From positions 192,254 to 256,253 of the forward strand of contig CAJJAW010000001.1 of NCBI GenBank assembly GCA_905182195.1: 64,000 bases of DNA. Reading direction: 5' to 3'. Of the stretch, positions 50,730 through 61,596 are shown piece by piece (positions within the stretch are counted from its first letter, which is position 1; every line of letters begins with the position of its first letter). The notes under the pieces are model-generated. The model was not told the origin of the DNA and did not search any database. It worked only from the letters and a program-made list of their open reading frames with translations. The translations under genes were made by a program, and so were the position numbers. Source of the DNA: Alphaproteobacteria bacterium UBA4588. Lineage in GTDB: Bacteria > Pseudomonadota > Alphaproteobacteria > Rhodobacterales > Rhodobacteraceae.

Positions 50730-52547
50730 TTAGGCACTCCTAGCTGCACGTTTGCGCTCATGTGAGTCCAGGTGTATTTTACGTAAACGGATTACCTTCG
50801 GCGTAACTTCTACCAATTCATCATTATCGATATAGGCAATAGCCTCTTCTAATGACATTGTGATTGGTGTCGTAAGGCGCACGGCTTCGTCTGTGCCACT
50901 GGCACGTACGTTGCTGAGTTTTTTACCTTTCAGAGGGTTCACTTCCAAATCGTTTTCACGATTGTGCTCACCGATGATCATACCTTGGTAGACATCTTCT
51001 TGGCTGCCGATAAAGAACTTACCGCGATCTTCAAGATTGAAAATCGCGTAAGGAACGGAAGAACCATTTTCCATCGAAATCAATACACCGGCTCGACGAC
51101 CAGGAATGGCCCCCCTATGAGGCGCCCATGTGTGGAATACGCGGTTCAAAACTCCAGTACCGCGGGTGTCCGTCATGAAATCGCCCTGATAGCCAATCAA
51201 GCCACGCGATGGTACATGCGCGATAATCCGAGTCTTTCCAACTCCAGCTGATTTCATCTCAGCTAAATCACCCTTCCGGTGCCCAGTAAGTTTCTCAATC
51301 ACTACGCCGGAGTATTCTTCGTCTACATCAATTGTGACCTCTTCAATCGGCTCAAGCCGCACGCCACCTTCTTCACGAAACAAAACCCGAGGACGGCTTA
51401 TAGATAGCTCAAAACCTTCGCGACGCATGTTTTCGATCAACACACCCATTTGCAATTCACCCCGGCCAGCTACCTCAAAGGCCTCGCCACTGAGAGTATC
51501 AGTGACATGGATTGCAACATTGGTCTCTGCTTCGTCCATAAGGCGCTTACGTATTACCCGGCTCTGAACTTTTTTACCATCGCGGCCAGCAAGCGGGCTG
51601 TCATTGATGCCAAATGTTACAGAAATAGTTGGTGGATCGATAGGCAATGAAGGCAGCGCGTCTGTTATATCTGGAGAACAAATAGTGTCAGCTACTGTGG
51701 CTTTGGTCATACCGGCTAGCGAAACAATATCACCAGCGACGGCCTCATCAATTGCAGTTTTAGATAGACCGCGGAATGCCAAAATTTTTGTACAACGAAA
51801 TTGCTCAATCTTTGTGCCATCACGTGATAAAGCTTTTACTGTTTCACCAGCCCTAAGGCGGCCCGTTTCAACACGACCGGTCAGAATGCGCCCGATGAAG
51901 GGATCTGCGCCTAAAGTTGTAGCCAACATTGAGAATGGTTCTTCTGATCTATCAGCTTGCTTCGGTGATTCCACATGGCGAACGATCAGTTCAAACAGCG
52001 CCGATAGATCCTTGCGTGGACCATCAAGGTCAACATCTGCCCAGCCAGCGCGACCAGAGGCATACAGAACCGGGAAATCCAGTTGCTGCTCATTTGCGTC
52101 TAAAGCAGCGAAGAGGTCAAAACATTCATCTAGTGCACGATCTGGTTCGCCATCTGGTTTATCCACCTTATTAACCACCACAATAGGTTTTAAACCTAAC
52201 GCTAGAGCTTTGGAGGTTACAAATTTTGTTTGAGGCATTGGGCCTTCGGCAGCATCTACGAGTAAAACAACTCCGTCAACCATAGACAAAATACGTTCCA
52301 CTTCACCGCCGAAGTCAGCGTGGCCCGGCGTGTCAACGATGTTGATGCGCGTACCTTCCCATTCTACGGAAGTGGCCTTTGCCAAAATAGTGATCCCACG
52401 CTCACGTTCCAGGTCATTGCTGTCCATGGCCCGCTCTGTTGTAGCTTGGTTTTCCCGGTAAGTTCCGGACTGTTTTAACAACTCGTCAACTAAAGTGGTT
52501 TTGCCGTGGTCAACGTGTGCTATTATTGCGATATTACGCAGGTCCAT
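50730..52547 (-). CDS. typA: translational GTPase TypA/BipA
   Basis: [20 protein letters not shown] and NKVD G-motifs; 605 aa. Confidence 0.95.
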   Translation of the reverse strand: MDLRNIAIIAHVDHGKTTLVDELLKQSGTYRENQATTERAMDSNDLERERGITILAKATSVEWEGTRINIVDTPGHADFGGEVERILSMVDGVVLLVDAAEGPMPQTKFVTSKALALGLKPIVVVNKVDKPDGEPDRALDECFDLFAALDANEQQLDFPVLYASGRAGWADVDLDGPRKDLSALFELIVRHVESPKQADRSEEPFSMLATTLGADPFIGRILTGRVETGRLRAGETVKALSRDGTKIEQFRCTKILAFRGLSKTAIDEAVAGDIVSLAGMTKATVADTICSPDITDALPSLPIDPPTISVTFGINDSPLAGRDGKKVQSRVIRKRLMDEAETNVAIHVTDTLSGEAFEVAGRGELQMGVLIENMRREGFELSISRPRVLFREEGGVRLEPIEEVTIDVDEEYSGVVIEKLTGHRKGDLAEMKSAGVGKTRIIAHVPSRGLIGYQGDFMTDTRGTGVLNRVFHTWAPHRGAIPGRRAGVLISMENGSSVPYAIFNLEDRGKFFIGSQEDVYQGMIIGEHNRENDLEVNPLKGKKLSNVRASGTDEAVRLTTPITMSLEEAIAYIDNDELVEVTPKVIRLRKIHLDSHERKRAARSA

Positions 52548-52877
52548 TGTGTGCCTCTTCCTTGCTCAAGGCGGCGAGTATACTGCGCCGAGGTGAAAGG
52601 AAAGAGTTACTTTTATGGTGTTAGCCGCTAGGATGCGAAACTAACAACTAAGATCAAAATAAACCTGCTCGGAAGTAAGAACATATGTCCCAAAATATCT
52701 AATATTGAAAGCACAGAGCTCTATGGATATCTGTGTCGTCCGACGAAGGTAATTAAATCTAATAACTAGCACCGCCGTAGAACATCAAAACAGGTGACAC
52801 TGTCAGTTAATAAATTAAACATTATCTTTACCTAAAATATCTTTAATAAATAACGATTTTCCGTCACTTAGTTACAT

Positions 52878-52908
52878 AAAAAATACCGAGGCAATTGGTG
52901 CCCCGGTA
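52878..52908 (-). terminator. rho-independent terminator after the liv-type operon
   Basis: On the minus strand, TACCGGGGCA / TGCCTCGGTA stem (one mismatch, 5-nt loop) followed by TTTTTT. Confidence 0.6.
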
Positions 52909-52930
52909 TCTAATAATCAAAGTCTGCAAG

Positions 52931-54124
52931 CTATTTGATCAAAGTAGCTGACCAAGCGCCATCTACGACAGAACTTTGGCTGAACAGACCCGCGACGTCA
53001 CCATTTTCATCGAAGTCTTGGTTACCTGCAGCACCTTCATAGTTTATATCACCACCAGCTGCGAGAATAGCTTTTGCTTTTGCCCACTCGCCTGGAAGAA
53101 TAACTTCACCTGGTGCACTTGAGATTGAACGCAAGGCTGCGGAAACACTTGCACGATTATCATCGCCAGTTTTTTCAATTGCTAAGGCCAACATGAATGC
53201 AGCATCGTAACTGTTTGGAACAAAAGGATCACTGGCGGGAATTCCGGCGCCTTCAGCTAAAGCTGCCCAGGCAGCAAATGCCGGTGTTGTGCTGTCAGAA
53301 GCGGATGTTGTGAACGTCACATTACCCATATTCTCCGCACCAATTTGGGCAATTACTTCGTCAGACAACATGCCGTCTGCACCGAGGAATGTGTCAAAGG
53401 CACCAGTTTCTAGGGCGTTGCGCATCAAAGTAATGCCACCGGACCCATAATATGCGAAAAGCGCGAGATTGTCCGAAGTAGCACCCAAAGTGGCAACTTC
53501 AGAACGGTATGACGCTTTACTTGGTTCGTGTGCTTCGTTGGCTGTTACTGTGCCACCGGCTGCTGCGAACGCAGCTGAGAAAACGGCAGCTATAGCTGCG
53601 TTATAATCGTCATTTGCATAGGACACAGCGATTTCCGTAATTCCTTGCGCAAGTGCCAGGTTTGCTAGAGCAACCCCTTGGTACGCATCGGACGCTGCAG
53701 TTCTAAACATCAGGTCAGTACCATCTTCCATTGTAGATATTGCAGGTGAGGATGCAGATACTGACAAGGTTGTTACGCCAGCCGGAAAGGATACAGATTC
53801 AGCCTGTGCAATAGTTGCTCCAGAACAAACTGGTCCCAAGATAGCAGAAACGGAATTCACGTTGATCAATTTAGTAACCGCATCTACTGCCGCTACCGGA
53901 TCACATGCACTGTCAGCGCGGATTATCTTGTAAGATTCGCCACCAGCAAACATACCCCCCTGAGCGTTTACGTTTGCAGCAGCCAAATCTACAGCTTGAG
54001 CCATCGGCGCAACCAAATCAGGAATTGGTCCAGTGAGGGCCATTGGGTTACCAACACTTACCTCAGCCATGACTGCAGTCGAACACAACATAGCTGCTGC
54101 AGTTGTAAAGATAGTTCTCTTCAT
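52931..54124 (-). CDS. branched-chain amino acid-type ABC transporter substrate-binding protein (LivJ/K family)
   Basis: Signal peptide MKRTIFTTAAAMLCSTAVMA. PBP type I fold pattern (ILGPVCSGA). Last gene of the livGFHM cluster. Confidence 0.85.
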   Translation of the reverse strand: MKRTIFTTAAAMLCSTAVMAEVSVGNPMALTGPIPDLVAPMAQAVDLAAANVNAQGGMFAGGESYKIIRADSACDPVAAVDAVTKLINVNSVSAILGPVCSGATIAQAESVSFPAGVTTLSVSASSPAISTMEDGTDLMFRTAASDAYQGVALANLALAQGITEIAVSYANDDYNAAIAAVFSAAFAAAGGTVTANEAHEPSKASYRSEVATLGATSDNLALFAYYGSGGITLMRNALETGAFDTFLGADGMLSDEVIAQIGAENMGNVTFTTSASDSTTPAFAAWAALAEGAGIPASDPFVPNSYDAAFMLALAIEKTGDDNRASVSAALRSISSAPGEVILPGEWAKAKAILAAGGDINYEGAAGNQDFDENGDVAGLFSQSSVVDGAWSATLIK

Positions 54125-54150
54125 AAATCTTCTCCCAGTTATCCTGCTTT

Positions 54151-55215
54151 TTATTTAATGCCCTTTGGTGATGCAGGTCGCACCTCTGGCAAAATCCCTC
54201 TCGGGAATTTCTGTAATATTACCTGCAATAACAGGCCGATCAACATCATACGTAAGAATCCAGCTCTCGTACGCAGAGATCCCATGTCTACTCCATCGAA
54301 AATATCAATGAGGAGGTCAATAGCTCCAGTGATAATTAACTCACTGGCTGACCAAATGGTCCAAATAAGAAAGGCACCCAACATAGCTCCACGGTTATTG
54401 CCCGAACCACCTAAAATTAGCATCACCCAGACAAGAAAAGTTACTTTAGCAGGATCAAACGTGTTTGTAGGTTCGATAAGCCGTAGGTGCTGCGCAAATA
54501 AAGCTCCAGCCAAACCCATAATAGCTGCACCAATGACGAAAGCCTCGATGCGTCGCGCTGTTACGTTCTTCCCCGACGCCCTCGCAGCTGGCTCGTTTTC
54601 ACGAATAGCTGTCATCATGCGGCCCCAAGGTGCGATGCGTGCGCGTTCGAGCATTCGGTAGATCACGTACATGATCAGCAATACCGTACTGGCAAAAAAT
54701 GGTTGCCACCACCAATTTGGTAGGCTGTTAAAGAACGCATCCCAAGCCTCCGGCGTTCCGAACCAACTCAACGGCCAGCTTGAATAAAACCTTTCTTCTG
54801 AAAAGTGCTCCCAAAAACGTGGGATTTTATTGATACCACGAGGTCCATTTGTAATTTCAGTTTCATTTTTGAAGATTAGCTTAATTATCTCCGCTATGCC
54901 AATTGTTGCAATTGCCAGATAATCAGAACGCAGTCGAATACATATTAAACCAATCAAGCCTGCAACGATGGCTGCTGTGATCATCGCCACTAACATGCCG
55001 AAGGGCAATGGGAAGCCAAAACCACCAAGGTGGTACGTGCTCCCTGCTGTTGTTAACAGGGCGTAAGTATAGGCGCCCACGGCTGCAAAGCCTACTATGC
55101 CAACGTTAAACAGCCCCGCGAAACCCCATTGTACGTTTAAACCAAGCGCAAAGATTGCATAGATTCCACCAACGGTGAGCAACGAGAGAACATATAGGAG
55201 AATGCCAAAATCCAT
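54151..55215 (-). CDS. livM: branched-chain amino acid ABC transporter permease (LivM type)
   Basis: 354 aa, multi-span. 1-nt overlap with the livH stop. Confidence 0.85.
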   Translation of the reverse strand: MDFGILLYVLSLLTVGGIYAIFALGLNVQWGFAGLFNVGIVGFAAVGAYTYALLTTAGSTYHLGGFGFPLPFGMLVAMITAAIVAGLIGLICIRLRSDYLAIATIGIAEIIKLIFKNETEITNGPRGINKIPRFWEHFSEERFYSSWPLSWFGTPEAWDAFFNSLPNWWWQPFFASTVLLIMYVIYRMLERARIAPWGRMMTAIRENEPAARASGKNVTARRIEAFVIGAAIMGLAGALFAQHLRLIEPTNTFDPAKVTFLVWVMLILGGSGNNRGAMLGAFLIWTIWSASELIITGAIDLLIDIFDGVDMGSLRTRAGFLRMMLIGLLLQVILQKFPRGILPEVRPASPKGIK

Positions 55216-56165
55216 CAGAATGACCTGCCTTTGAACAAACCTTGTGGTCTGACAATCAGCATAACAACCATAATAGCAAAGGCCACACCTGTTTTGTATC
55301 CTGGGCTAAGCAAAGGTCCATCTCCTATCCACGGATAGGCGGATAGCTCTTCCGCGAGACCAATTACCAATCCGCCCAAAACGGCTCCATAAGGTTTACC
55401 AATGCCGCCTAAAATTGCAGCAGCAAACATCGGCAAAAGCATCCTAAACCCCATGGTTGTCTCTAACATCTGAATGTCCATAGCAAGAAATACGCCAGCT
55501 GCCATTGCGCAAGCTCCTCCAACAATCCACGTTGCTCGGATCACTTGATCGACGTTGATGCCCGTAACATGTGCCAAATCTGGACTATCAGAAACGGCCC
55601 GCATTGCTTTGCCTATCCGGGTTTTGTTTAGTAGATAGCTTAATGCCATCATAAACGCGATCGTACCTACAAAAATAAACAAGTGCTTGTTCGGGATCAA
55701 TAAAAGAAAATCAATCGAGCCACTCCAGTCTTTTAGATACGCGTTTGGCTTCGCAATACCTGGCACAAATGTAAGTTGGTTTGGACCCCAAATGACTTGC
55801 ACAGCAGAACGGATAATTAACATCATGCCAAAACTGGCCATAACCACTTTGATTGTATCGGCCTGCCTAAATGGTTTGTAAAAATAACGATCTGTAACCA
55901 AAAACAGTAATACCACTAATAAAGTAGCTGGTACTGCTGCAACAAGAGGGTGCACAGCAAAGCCTAACACGCCTGAACAAATAGCCATAACAGTCCAAGT
56001 TAAATAGGCACCAGTCATCATGGTTTCACCATGTGCAAAGTTAGCAAACCGTAAAATACTAAAGGTCAGTGTAATCCCAATCGCTCCAAGCGCATAAATA
56101 CAACCTAAAACCAATCCGGGGATAAAATAAAAATTAATGAATTCAAATCCAAAAGAATTCCACAT
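55215..56165 (-). CDS. livH: branched-chain amino acid ABC transporter permease (LivH type)
   Basis: Start at MWNSFGFEF (ATG 56165), just after the livF stop. The FANFAHGE motif is typical of LivH. Confidence 0.85.
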   Translation of the reverse strand: MWNSFGFEFINFYFIPGLVLGCIYALGAIGITLTFSILRFANFAHGETMMTGAYLTWTVMAICSGVLGFAVHPLVAAVPATLLVVLLFLVTDRYFYKPFRQADTIKVVMASFGMMLIIRSAVQVIWGPNQLTFVPGIAKPNAYLKDWSGSIDFLLLIPNKHLFIFVGTIAFMMALSYLLNKTRIGKAMRAVSDSPDLAHVTGINVDQVIRATWIVGGACAMAAGVFLAMDIQMLETTMGFRMLLPMFAAAILGGIGKPYGAVLGGLVIGLAEELSAYPWIGDGPLLSPGYKTGVAFAIMVVMLIVRPQGLFKGRSF

Positions 56166-56166
56166 T

Positions 56167-56883
56167 TTAGTGCCCCCCGCCCAAGAACATGCGGGCAATT
56201 TCACGATCTGCGAGCAGGTCAACTCCGGTTCCCGTGTGCCTATTTGCACCATCCACTAATACATAGCCCCGATCAGAGACAGCGAGGGCTTGCTTCGCAT
56301 TTTGTTCAACTATCAAAACTGGCACGCCTGTGTTTTTAATTTTTTGGATGGTTTCAAAAATTTCACTGCGATATTTTGGGGACAAGCCAGCCGTAGGTTC
56401 ATCCAGCAGCAGAATTTTAGCATCAACCATAAGAGCCTTTGCCATCGCTACCATTTGGCGTTGTCCTCCCGATAAGGATCCAGCTGTTTGGTTACGCTTT
56501 TCGGCCAAGTCGGGAAATAACGCGTACATGTCATTAAGACGTTCAGGAATACCAATCGGACGCGTCCAAGCGCCCATTTCAAGGTTTTCCTTAACACTTA
56601 GATTAACAAACACATTCTGGTTCTGCGGCACGTATGAAATGCCCAGCTCAACCACTTTAGCCGCAGGGGTATTAGTTATAACTTCGCCATGCAGTTCCAC
56701 AGACCCCTGTGATATGTTGAGAAGCCCCAAGACTGACTTGATTGCGGTTGATTTACCCGCACCGTTAGGGCCTATAACTGCGACAATTTCATTAGGTTGT
56801 ACGAACATTGATAAGTCGTGCAAAATCTCAGTTTGTCCGTAACCGGCGCGAAGATTATTTAATGACAAGATTGGTTTACTCAT
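56167..56883 (-). CDS. livF: branched-chain amino acid ABC transporter ATP-binding protein (LivF type)
   Basis: GPNGAGKST, LSGGQRQMVAMAKAL, LLDEPTAGLSP. Confidence 0.9.
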   Translation of the reverse strand: MSKPILSLNNLRAGYGQTEILHDLSMFVQPNEIVAVIGPNGAGKSTAIKSVLGLLNISQGSVELHGEVITNTPAAKVVELGISYVPQNQNVFVNLSVKENLEMGAWTRPIGIPERLNDMYALFPDLAEKRNQTAGSLSGGQRQMVAMAKALMVDAKILLLDEPTAGLSPKYRSEIFETIQKIKNTGVPVLIVEQNAKQALAVSDRGYVLVDGANRHTGTGVDLLADREIARMFLGGGH

Positions 56884-57659
56884 GCCACTGCACCTCCAAA
56901 ATAGGCATCAATTACACGTTCGTCATTCCTAACTTCATCCATCGTCCCTTGCATCAAAACCTGACCTTCGTTGAGAACCACAACTTTCCCACAAAGTCGT
57001 GCTATCATATCCATATCATGCTCTATGATACAAAACGTATAGCCGCGCTCTGCATTTAGCTGTTCAATCATCTCAGCAACCTTCCGCATCAATGTAGGAT
57101 TAACGCCCGCTCCGGGCTCATCCAACAGCACCACTTTACTGTCATTCATCATTGTGCGTCCAATTTCGAGTAATTTTTTCTGGCCGCCTGAAAGGTTTCC
57201 GGCAAGTTCGTCCCCAATATGGGTTAATCCCAAAAATTCCAAAGTTTCACGTGCTAATTCAATGACTTCAGCCTCGCGCTTTTTTACTTTACCGCTGGCA
57301 AACCAGCTAGAAAAAATACCTTCCCCAAGTTGACTGGGGGCGGCCACAGCCAGGTTTTCAAGTGATGTCATCCGAGCATACTCATGGCTAAGCTGAAACG
57401 TACGCATCAGACCTTTATGGTACAGTACGTCTGATCGTTGTCCGGTGATATTTTCGCCCAACAAAGTTACCATGCCAGCAGAAGCCGAAAGTTCACCTGC
57501 AATCATATTGAATGTAGTAGTCTTTCCTGCTCCATTTGGACCAATGAGGCCCACAATTGCGCCTCGCTCAACTTCGAAGTCCACTCCACGAACAGCATGA
57601 AGTCCCCCAAAATTCTTTGCAAGATTTTTAACACTTAAAATTACTTCATTAGTACCCAA
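56880..57659 (-). CDS. livG: branched-chain amino acid ABC transporter ATP-binding protein (LivG type)
   Basis: GPNGAGKTTTFN, LSGGQKKLLEIGR, LLDEPGAGVNP. TTG start with GGAGAA upstream. Confidence 0.9.
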   Translation of the reverse strand: MGTNEVILSVKNLAKNFGGLHAVRGVDFEVERGAIVGLIGPNGAGKTTTFNMIAGELSASAGMVTLLGENITGQRSDVLYHKGLMRTFQLSHEYARMTSLENLAVAAPSQLGEGIFSSWFASGKVKKREAEVIELARETLEFLGLTHIGDELAGNLSGGQKKLLEIGRTMMNDSKVVLLDEPGAGVNPTLMRKVAEMIEQLNAERGYTFCIIEHDMDMIARLCGKVVVLNEGQVLMQGTMDEVRNDERVIDAYFGGAVA

Positions 57660-57894
57660 GCGCCACTTCTCCTAACGTTCTGAAGAAACTGACAACGCTC
57701 AGATTCCAAAATTCATAATATGTAATCAGAAGTATAACCGACCACTAATTTATACAAAAAATTAATTTATTATTAAATATTCTTAATAATAAGAACTTTG
57801 TGTTGATCGACGATATAAGTGCTTTACTGAAAAAGAAAGCTAATTTTGTGGATGCTTTTAATATTTTTATATATAGATTTGAATCTAGCCTGTC

Positions 57895-58839
57895 TCAGCT
57901 TGGGAGTCGAGAGGCCTGTGCACCGCGCTCACGGTAGGGCGTTGTATCATAATGTGCCCGATAACATTTTGAAAAATGTGATGGAGATGCAAAACCACAC
58001 GCTAGAGCTACGTTAATCACAGACATATCTGTTTGCATCAATAAGTTACGAGCCTTTTGTAATCTAAGCTCCATGTAGTAGCGCTTTGGTGACCGGTTCA
58101 AATAACGGCGGAAAAGTCTCTCTAATTGCCGAGTTGACATGCCCACTTCACGCGCCAACATTGATGGGCTGATTGGTTCTTCGATATTTTGTTCCATTTT
58201 CTGAATAACTAGACTTAGCTTGGGGTGCCGGACGCCGATACGCGTTGGTATAGATAACCGCTGTGTGTCCTGATCTGTGCGAATAGAAGAATAAATCAAT
58301 TGATCTGCCACAGCATTGGCTAGTTCTTCACCATGGTCTTGCGCAATCAATTTCAACATAAGGTCAATAGATGATGTGCCACCAGCAGTAGTAATTCTGT
58401 TTCCGTCTACGACAAACACGGATTTAGTAAGTTCTACATCCTCAAACTCTTCTGAGAAGCTATCTTGGTTTTCCCAATGAATTGTCGCACGCTTGCCATC
58501 CAGAAGACCCGCTTTTGCTAACGCGTACCCAGCTGTACATAGGCCGCCAATTATTGGCCCACGGCGTGCTTCGCGCCGTACCCAATTTAATAATCGCTTA
58601 GTAGTGCTATTCTGAACGTTAATACCACCACAGATCATCAGGGTGTCGTCTCGTAAAACTTCAATCAAATTACTGTGAACCACAAACTCAATACCACCTG
58701 AGCAGGTAACCGGTTCACCAGTTTCTGACATTAAAGTCCAAGTGTAAAGCTCACGCCCAGACATCCTATTTGCTATACGCAGCGATTCCACAGCGGCTGA
58801 GAAGCACAACATTGTGAATTCTTTCAACAGTACAAACAC
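57895..58839 (-). CDS. GlxA-type transcriptional regulator (DJ-1/PfpI-like domain plus AraC HTH)
   Basis: LLKEFTMLCFSAAVESLRIANR..., CGGINV and a C-terminal AraC HTH (ALACGFASPSHFSKCYRAHY). The GTG start is uncertain (see findings). Confidence 0.85.
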   Translation of the reverse strand: MFVLLKEFTMLCFSAAVESLRIANRMSGRELYTWTLMSETGEPVTCSGGIEFVVHSNLIEVLRDDTLMICGGINVQNSTTKRLLNWVRREARRGPIIGGLCTAGYALAKAGLLDGKRATIHWENQDSFSEEFEDVELTKSVFVVDGNRITTAGGTSSIDLMLKLIAQDHGEELANAVADQLIYSSIRTDQDTQRLSIPTRIGVRHPKLSLVIQKMEQNIEEPISPSMLAREVGMSTRQLERLFRRYLNRSPKRYYMELRLQKARNLLMQTDMSVINVALACGFASPSHFSKCYRAHYDTTPYRERGAQASRLPS

Positions 58840-59075
58840 AAAACGACGAGGTTTTGCAGGGGAGATCTTGGACTATGACCAATTGATCAGAAACAGCCAT
58901 CGGAAAACCTTTTAAACTGCCCCAAAAAGAGGACAATGATGGTACCATTTGGCCCTGAAGTCTCAGACGCGTCAAGAGCCTAAAGTCAATCAGGCATTTT
59001 TTACGGTGGTTTATCAATCAAAATCGCTATAAAGTCCAAAAAAGAGACGGCTAACTCAACCCGGAGCACTTCAAT

Positions 59076-60446
59076 ATGACCAGCTGGCAAAAATCTGATT
59101 GGCGCAAAAAACCTAGAGTTCAGATGCCCGAATATACCGATCAGGCGAGCCTCGTCGCAACTGAGCAACAGTTGGGGCGCTATCCGCCCCTGGTGTTTGC
59201 TGGCGAAGCACGTTCCTTAAGGCAGCAACTTGCCGCCGTTAGTCGAGGGGATGCGTTTTTGCTCCAGGGTGGAGATTGTGCAGAAAGTTTCCAAGAATTT
59301 TCGGCTGACAATATTCGAGATACATTTAAAGTTATGCTGCAAATGGCAATGGTTTTGACTTATGGAGCTAAGGTTCCAGTGGTAAAAGTTGGCCGAATGG
59401 CGGGACAATTTGCCAAGCCTCGTTCAGCACCAACTGAGATCAAAAATGGTATTGAGTTGCCTAGCTATAGGGGCGACATTATCAATGATTTAGATTTTAC
59501 CAGTGAGGCGCGCAGTCCGAATCCTCAGAAAATGCTGCAGGCCTACACGCAGGCCGCAGCAACACTAAACCTTTTGAGGGCATTCTCTAAAGGTGGATTT
59601 GCAGATATCCATCAAGTACATTCATGGACATTAGGCTTTACCGAGTCGGAAAAAGCATCCTCCTACCGCGATATGGCTAATCGCATTTCTGACGCGTTAG
59701 ATTTCATGCAAGCCGCTGGCCTAACCTCTGATAAGAATGCAGAGTTGAGCACGGTTGACTTCTACACATCCCATGAAGCTCTCCTACTGGAATACGAAGA
59801 AGCTCTGTGTCGCGTGGACAGTACCTCGGGCAAATATGTTGCCGGCTCGGGACATTTTATTTGGATTGGGGATCGCACCCGACAGCCTGATGGCGCACAT
59901 GTCGAATTTTGTAGAGGCGTTCAAAATCCAATTGGATTGAAATGTGGCCCAACAACCACGGTTGAAGACCTCAAAGTTTTGATGGCTAAATTGAACCCCG
60001 AAAATGAGGCAGGTCGCCTTACTTTGATTGCGCGCTTTGGTGCAGGATCCGTTGCGGATCATCTCCCACGGTTGATAAAAGCTGTAAAAGAAGAGGGCTC
60101 CAATGTAGTTTGGACATGCGATGCTATGCATGGCAACACCATCAAAGCCTTATCAGGCTATAAAACACGGCCATTCGAAAGTGTATTGCGCGAGGTGCAG
60201 GAGTTTTTTGCCATTCACCGCTCAGAGAATACAGTTCCTGGTGGTGTACATTTTGAGATGACGGGCCAAGATGTTACCGAATGTACCGGCGGCGTGCGGG
60301 CAGTGACCGATGAGAACTTGTCAGATCGCTATCACACGGCATGTGACCCTCGGCTTAACGCGTCACAATCTTTAGAATTGGCATTTTTGGTATCTGAAGA
60401 ACTTAGCCAAACGAATAAAACGCGTGCGGCACGTATAGCTAGCTAG
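59076..60446 (+). CDS. class II 3-deoxy-7-phosphoheptulonate (DAHP) synthase
   Basis: 456 aa beginning [18 protein letters not shown] and containing GDCAESF; the length and pattern fit the plant-like class II enzymes. Confidence 0.9.
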   Translation: MTSWQKSDWRKKPRVQMPEYTDQASLVATEQQLGRYPPLVFAGEARSLRQQLAAVSRGDAFLLQGGDCAESFQEFSADNIRDTFKVMLQMAMVLTYGAKVPVVKVGRMAGQFAKPRSAPTEIKNGIELPSYRGDIINDLDFTSEARSPNPQKMLQAYTQAAATLNLLRAFSKGGFADIHQVHSWTLGFTESEKASSYRDMANRISDALDFMQAAGLTSDKNAELSTVDFYTSHEALLLEYEEALCRVDSTSGKYVAGSGHFIWIGDRTRQPDGAHVEFCRGVQNPIGLKCGPTTTVEDLKVLMAKLNPENEAGRLTLIARFGAGSVADHLPRLIKAVKEEGSNVVWTCDAMHGNTIKALSGYKTRPFESVLREVQEFFAIHRSENTVPGGVHFEMTGQDVTECTGGVRAVTDENLSDRYHTACDPRLNASQSLELAFLVSEELSQTNKTRAARIAS

Positions 60447-60469
60447 TCAAAGCTATTCACCTTCAAATA

Positions 60470-60500
60470 GTGGCGTTTGCTTCGGCAGGCGCCACTTTTT
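60470..60500 (+). terminator. rho-independent terminator after the DAHP synthase gene
   Basis: GTGGCGTTTGC-TTCG-GCAGGCGCCAC (11-bp stem including two G-U pairs, TTCG loop) followed by TTTTT. Confidence 0.75.
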
Positions 60501-60975
60501 CATTTGGTTAAGGCGCCCAAGACGGCTTAGATGGCTAAAAACACCGATAAGGAATAGCTAGGCACTCTAGCTATAAAATAAGAAGAGATATTTAGTTTCC
60601 AGCTCTACACGCCTTACAGCGCGTTCATGTTTGCCTGTTTGATAGTAAAGCAAACGGTGGATGGCTGTCAAAAGCTGCTCACCATAACTCGTTTGTTCCG
60701 TTAAGTTGAGTGTTGTGGGAGAAATGATTGGTTGGCTGCGGGCAAATGCTTTGAGTTCTTAAGTAAAGCTTTTAGCTTACGAATTGTCTCTGGTCATAAA
60801 TTGCTAACGGGTTATTCATAAGAATAATATGGAAAAACCATGCATACCTTTAATCCTTTAATACCTAAAAAATTGAGAATGGACGCGCATACACAATTAG
60901 CAACGCCATACCAGATAATTGAGACTTCACAGATTGGATTGGTTAGTGCTATCAATTGCTTAGAGAGGAAACCTA

Positions 60976-61584
60976 ATGACTTGGATAAAAACTGTTCCCT
61001 ATGAAGCCGCGACCGGAAAACTGAAGGCGCTCTATGACAGGGTCAAAGGCCCAGATAATAACGTTGATAACATTATGATGATGCACTCACTGCGCCCCCA
61101 TTCAATGGAAGGGCACATGGCTATTTATAAGTATGTGCTACACCATTCTGGCAATACAATACCCAAGTGGTTTTTGGAAGCTCTAGGGGTATGGGTCAGC
61201 TCATTAAACGAATGTATTTATTGTGTAGAACACCACTTTTCTGGTATGAAAAGACTGTTGGAGGATGCCCCACGTGCTGATGCAATCCGCGTTGCGATCG
61301 AAGCACGTGACCCTGAATTAGCACCATTAAATGCGGCCCAAAAACTTGCGATGGACTATGTCCGGGTCCTTACCCGTGACCCAGCAGGTCTAACCGAAAA
61401 ACACGTTATAGAGTTACGTAATGCTGGCTATACGGATGGTGAGATCCTGGAAATTAATCAAGTCAGCGCCTATTTTAGCTACGCCAATCGCACGGTTCTC
61501 GGTTTGGGTTGCTCCACCCAAGGTGACATTTTGGGTCTTTCCCCAAACAACTCAGATGATCCCGACAACTGGAACCACACCTAA
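60976..61584 (+). CDS. carboxymuconolactone decarboxylase / AhpD-like peroxidase-related protein
   Basis: 202 aa with WVSSLNECIYCVEHH (CxxC in the AhpD-type helix) and EILEINQVSAYFSYANR, typical of the CMD family. Confidence 0.75.
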   Translation: MTWIKTVPYEAATGKLKALYDRVKGPDNNVDNIMMMHSLRPHSMEGHMAIYKYVLHHSGNTIPKWFLEALGVWVSSLNECIYCVEHHFSGMKRLLEDAPRADAIRVAIEARDPELAPLNAAQKLAMDYVRVLTRDPAGLTEKHVIELRNAGYTDGEILEINQVSAYFSYANRTVLGLGCSTQGDILGLSPNNSDDPDNWNHT

Positions 61585-61596
61585 AGGATATCTAAG

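Noticed and set aside
51604-52233. Long antisense ORFs inside well-supported genes: 51604..52233 in typA, 53996..54661 across the liv binding-protein/livM junction, 38213..38794 in the suf membrane gene/sufS, and 24879..25346 in the sugar permease
   Set aside because: Each lies opposite a gene with strong family motifs and has Ser/Arg/Pro-rich, low-complexity translations typical of antisense frames. None has independent support.
60840-61013. 57-aa ORF overlapping the start of the AhpD-like gene
   Set aside because: It has no ribosome-binding site or recognisable motif, and it overlaps the better-supported gene in another frame.
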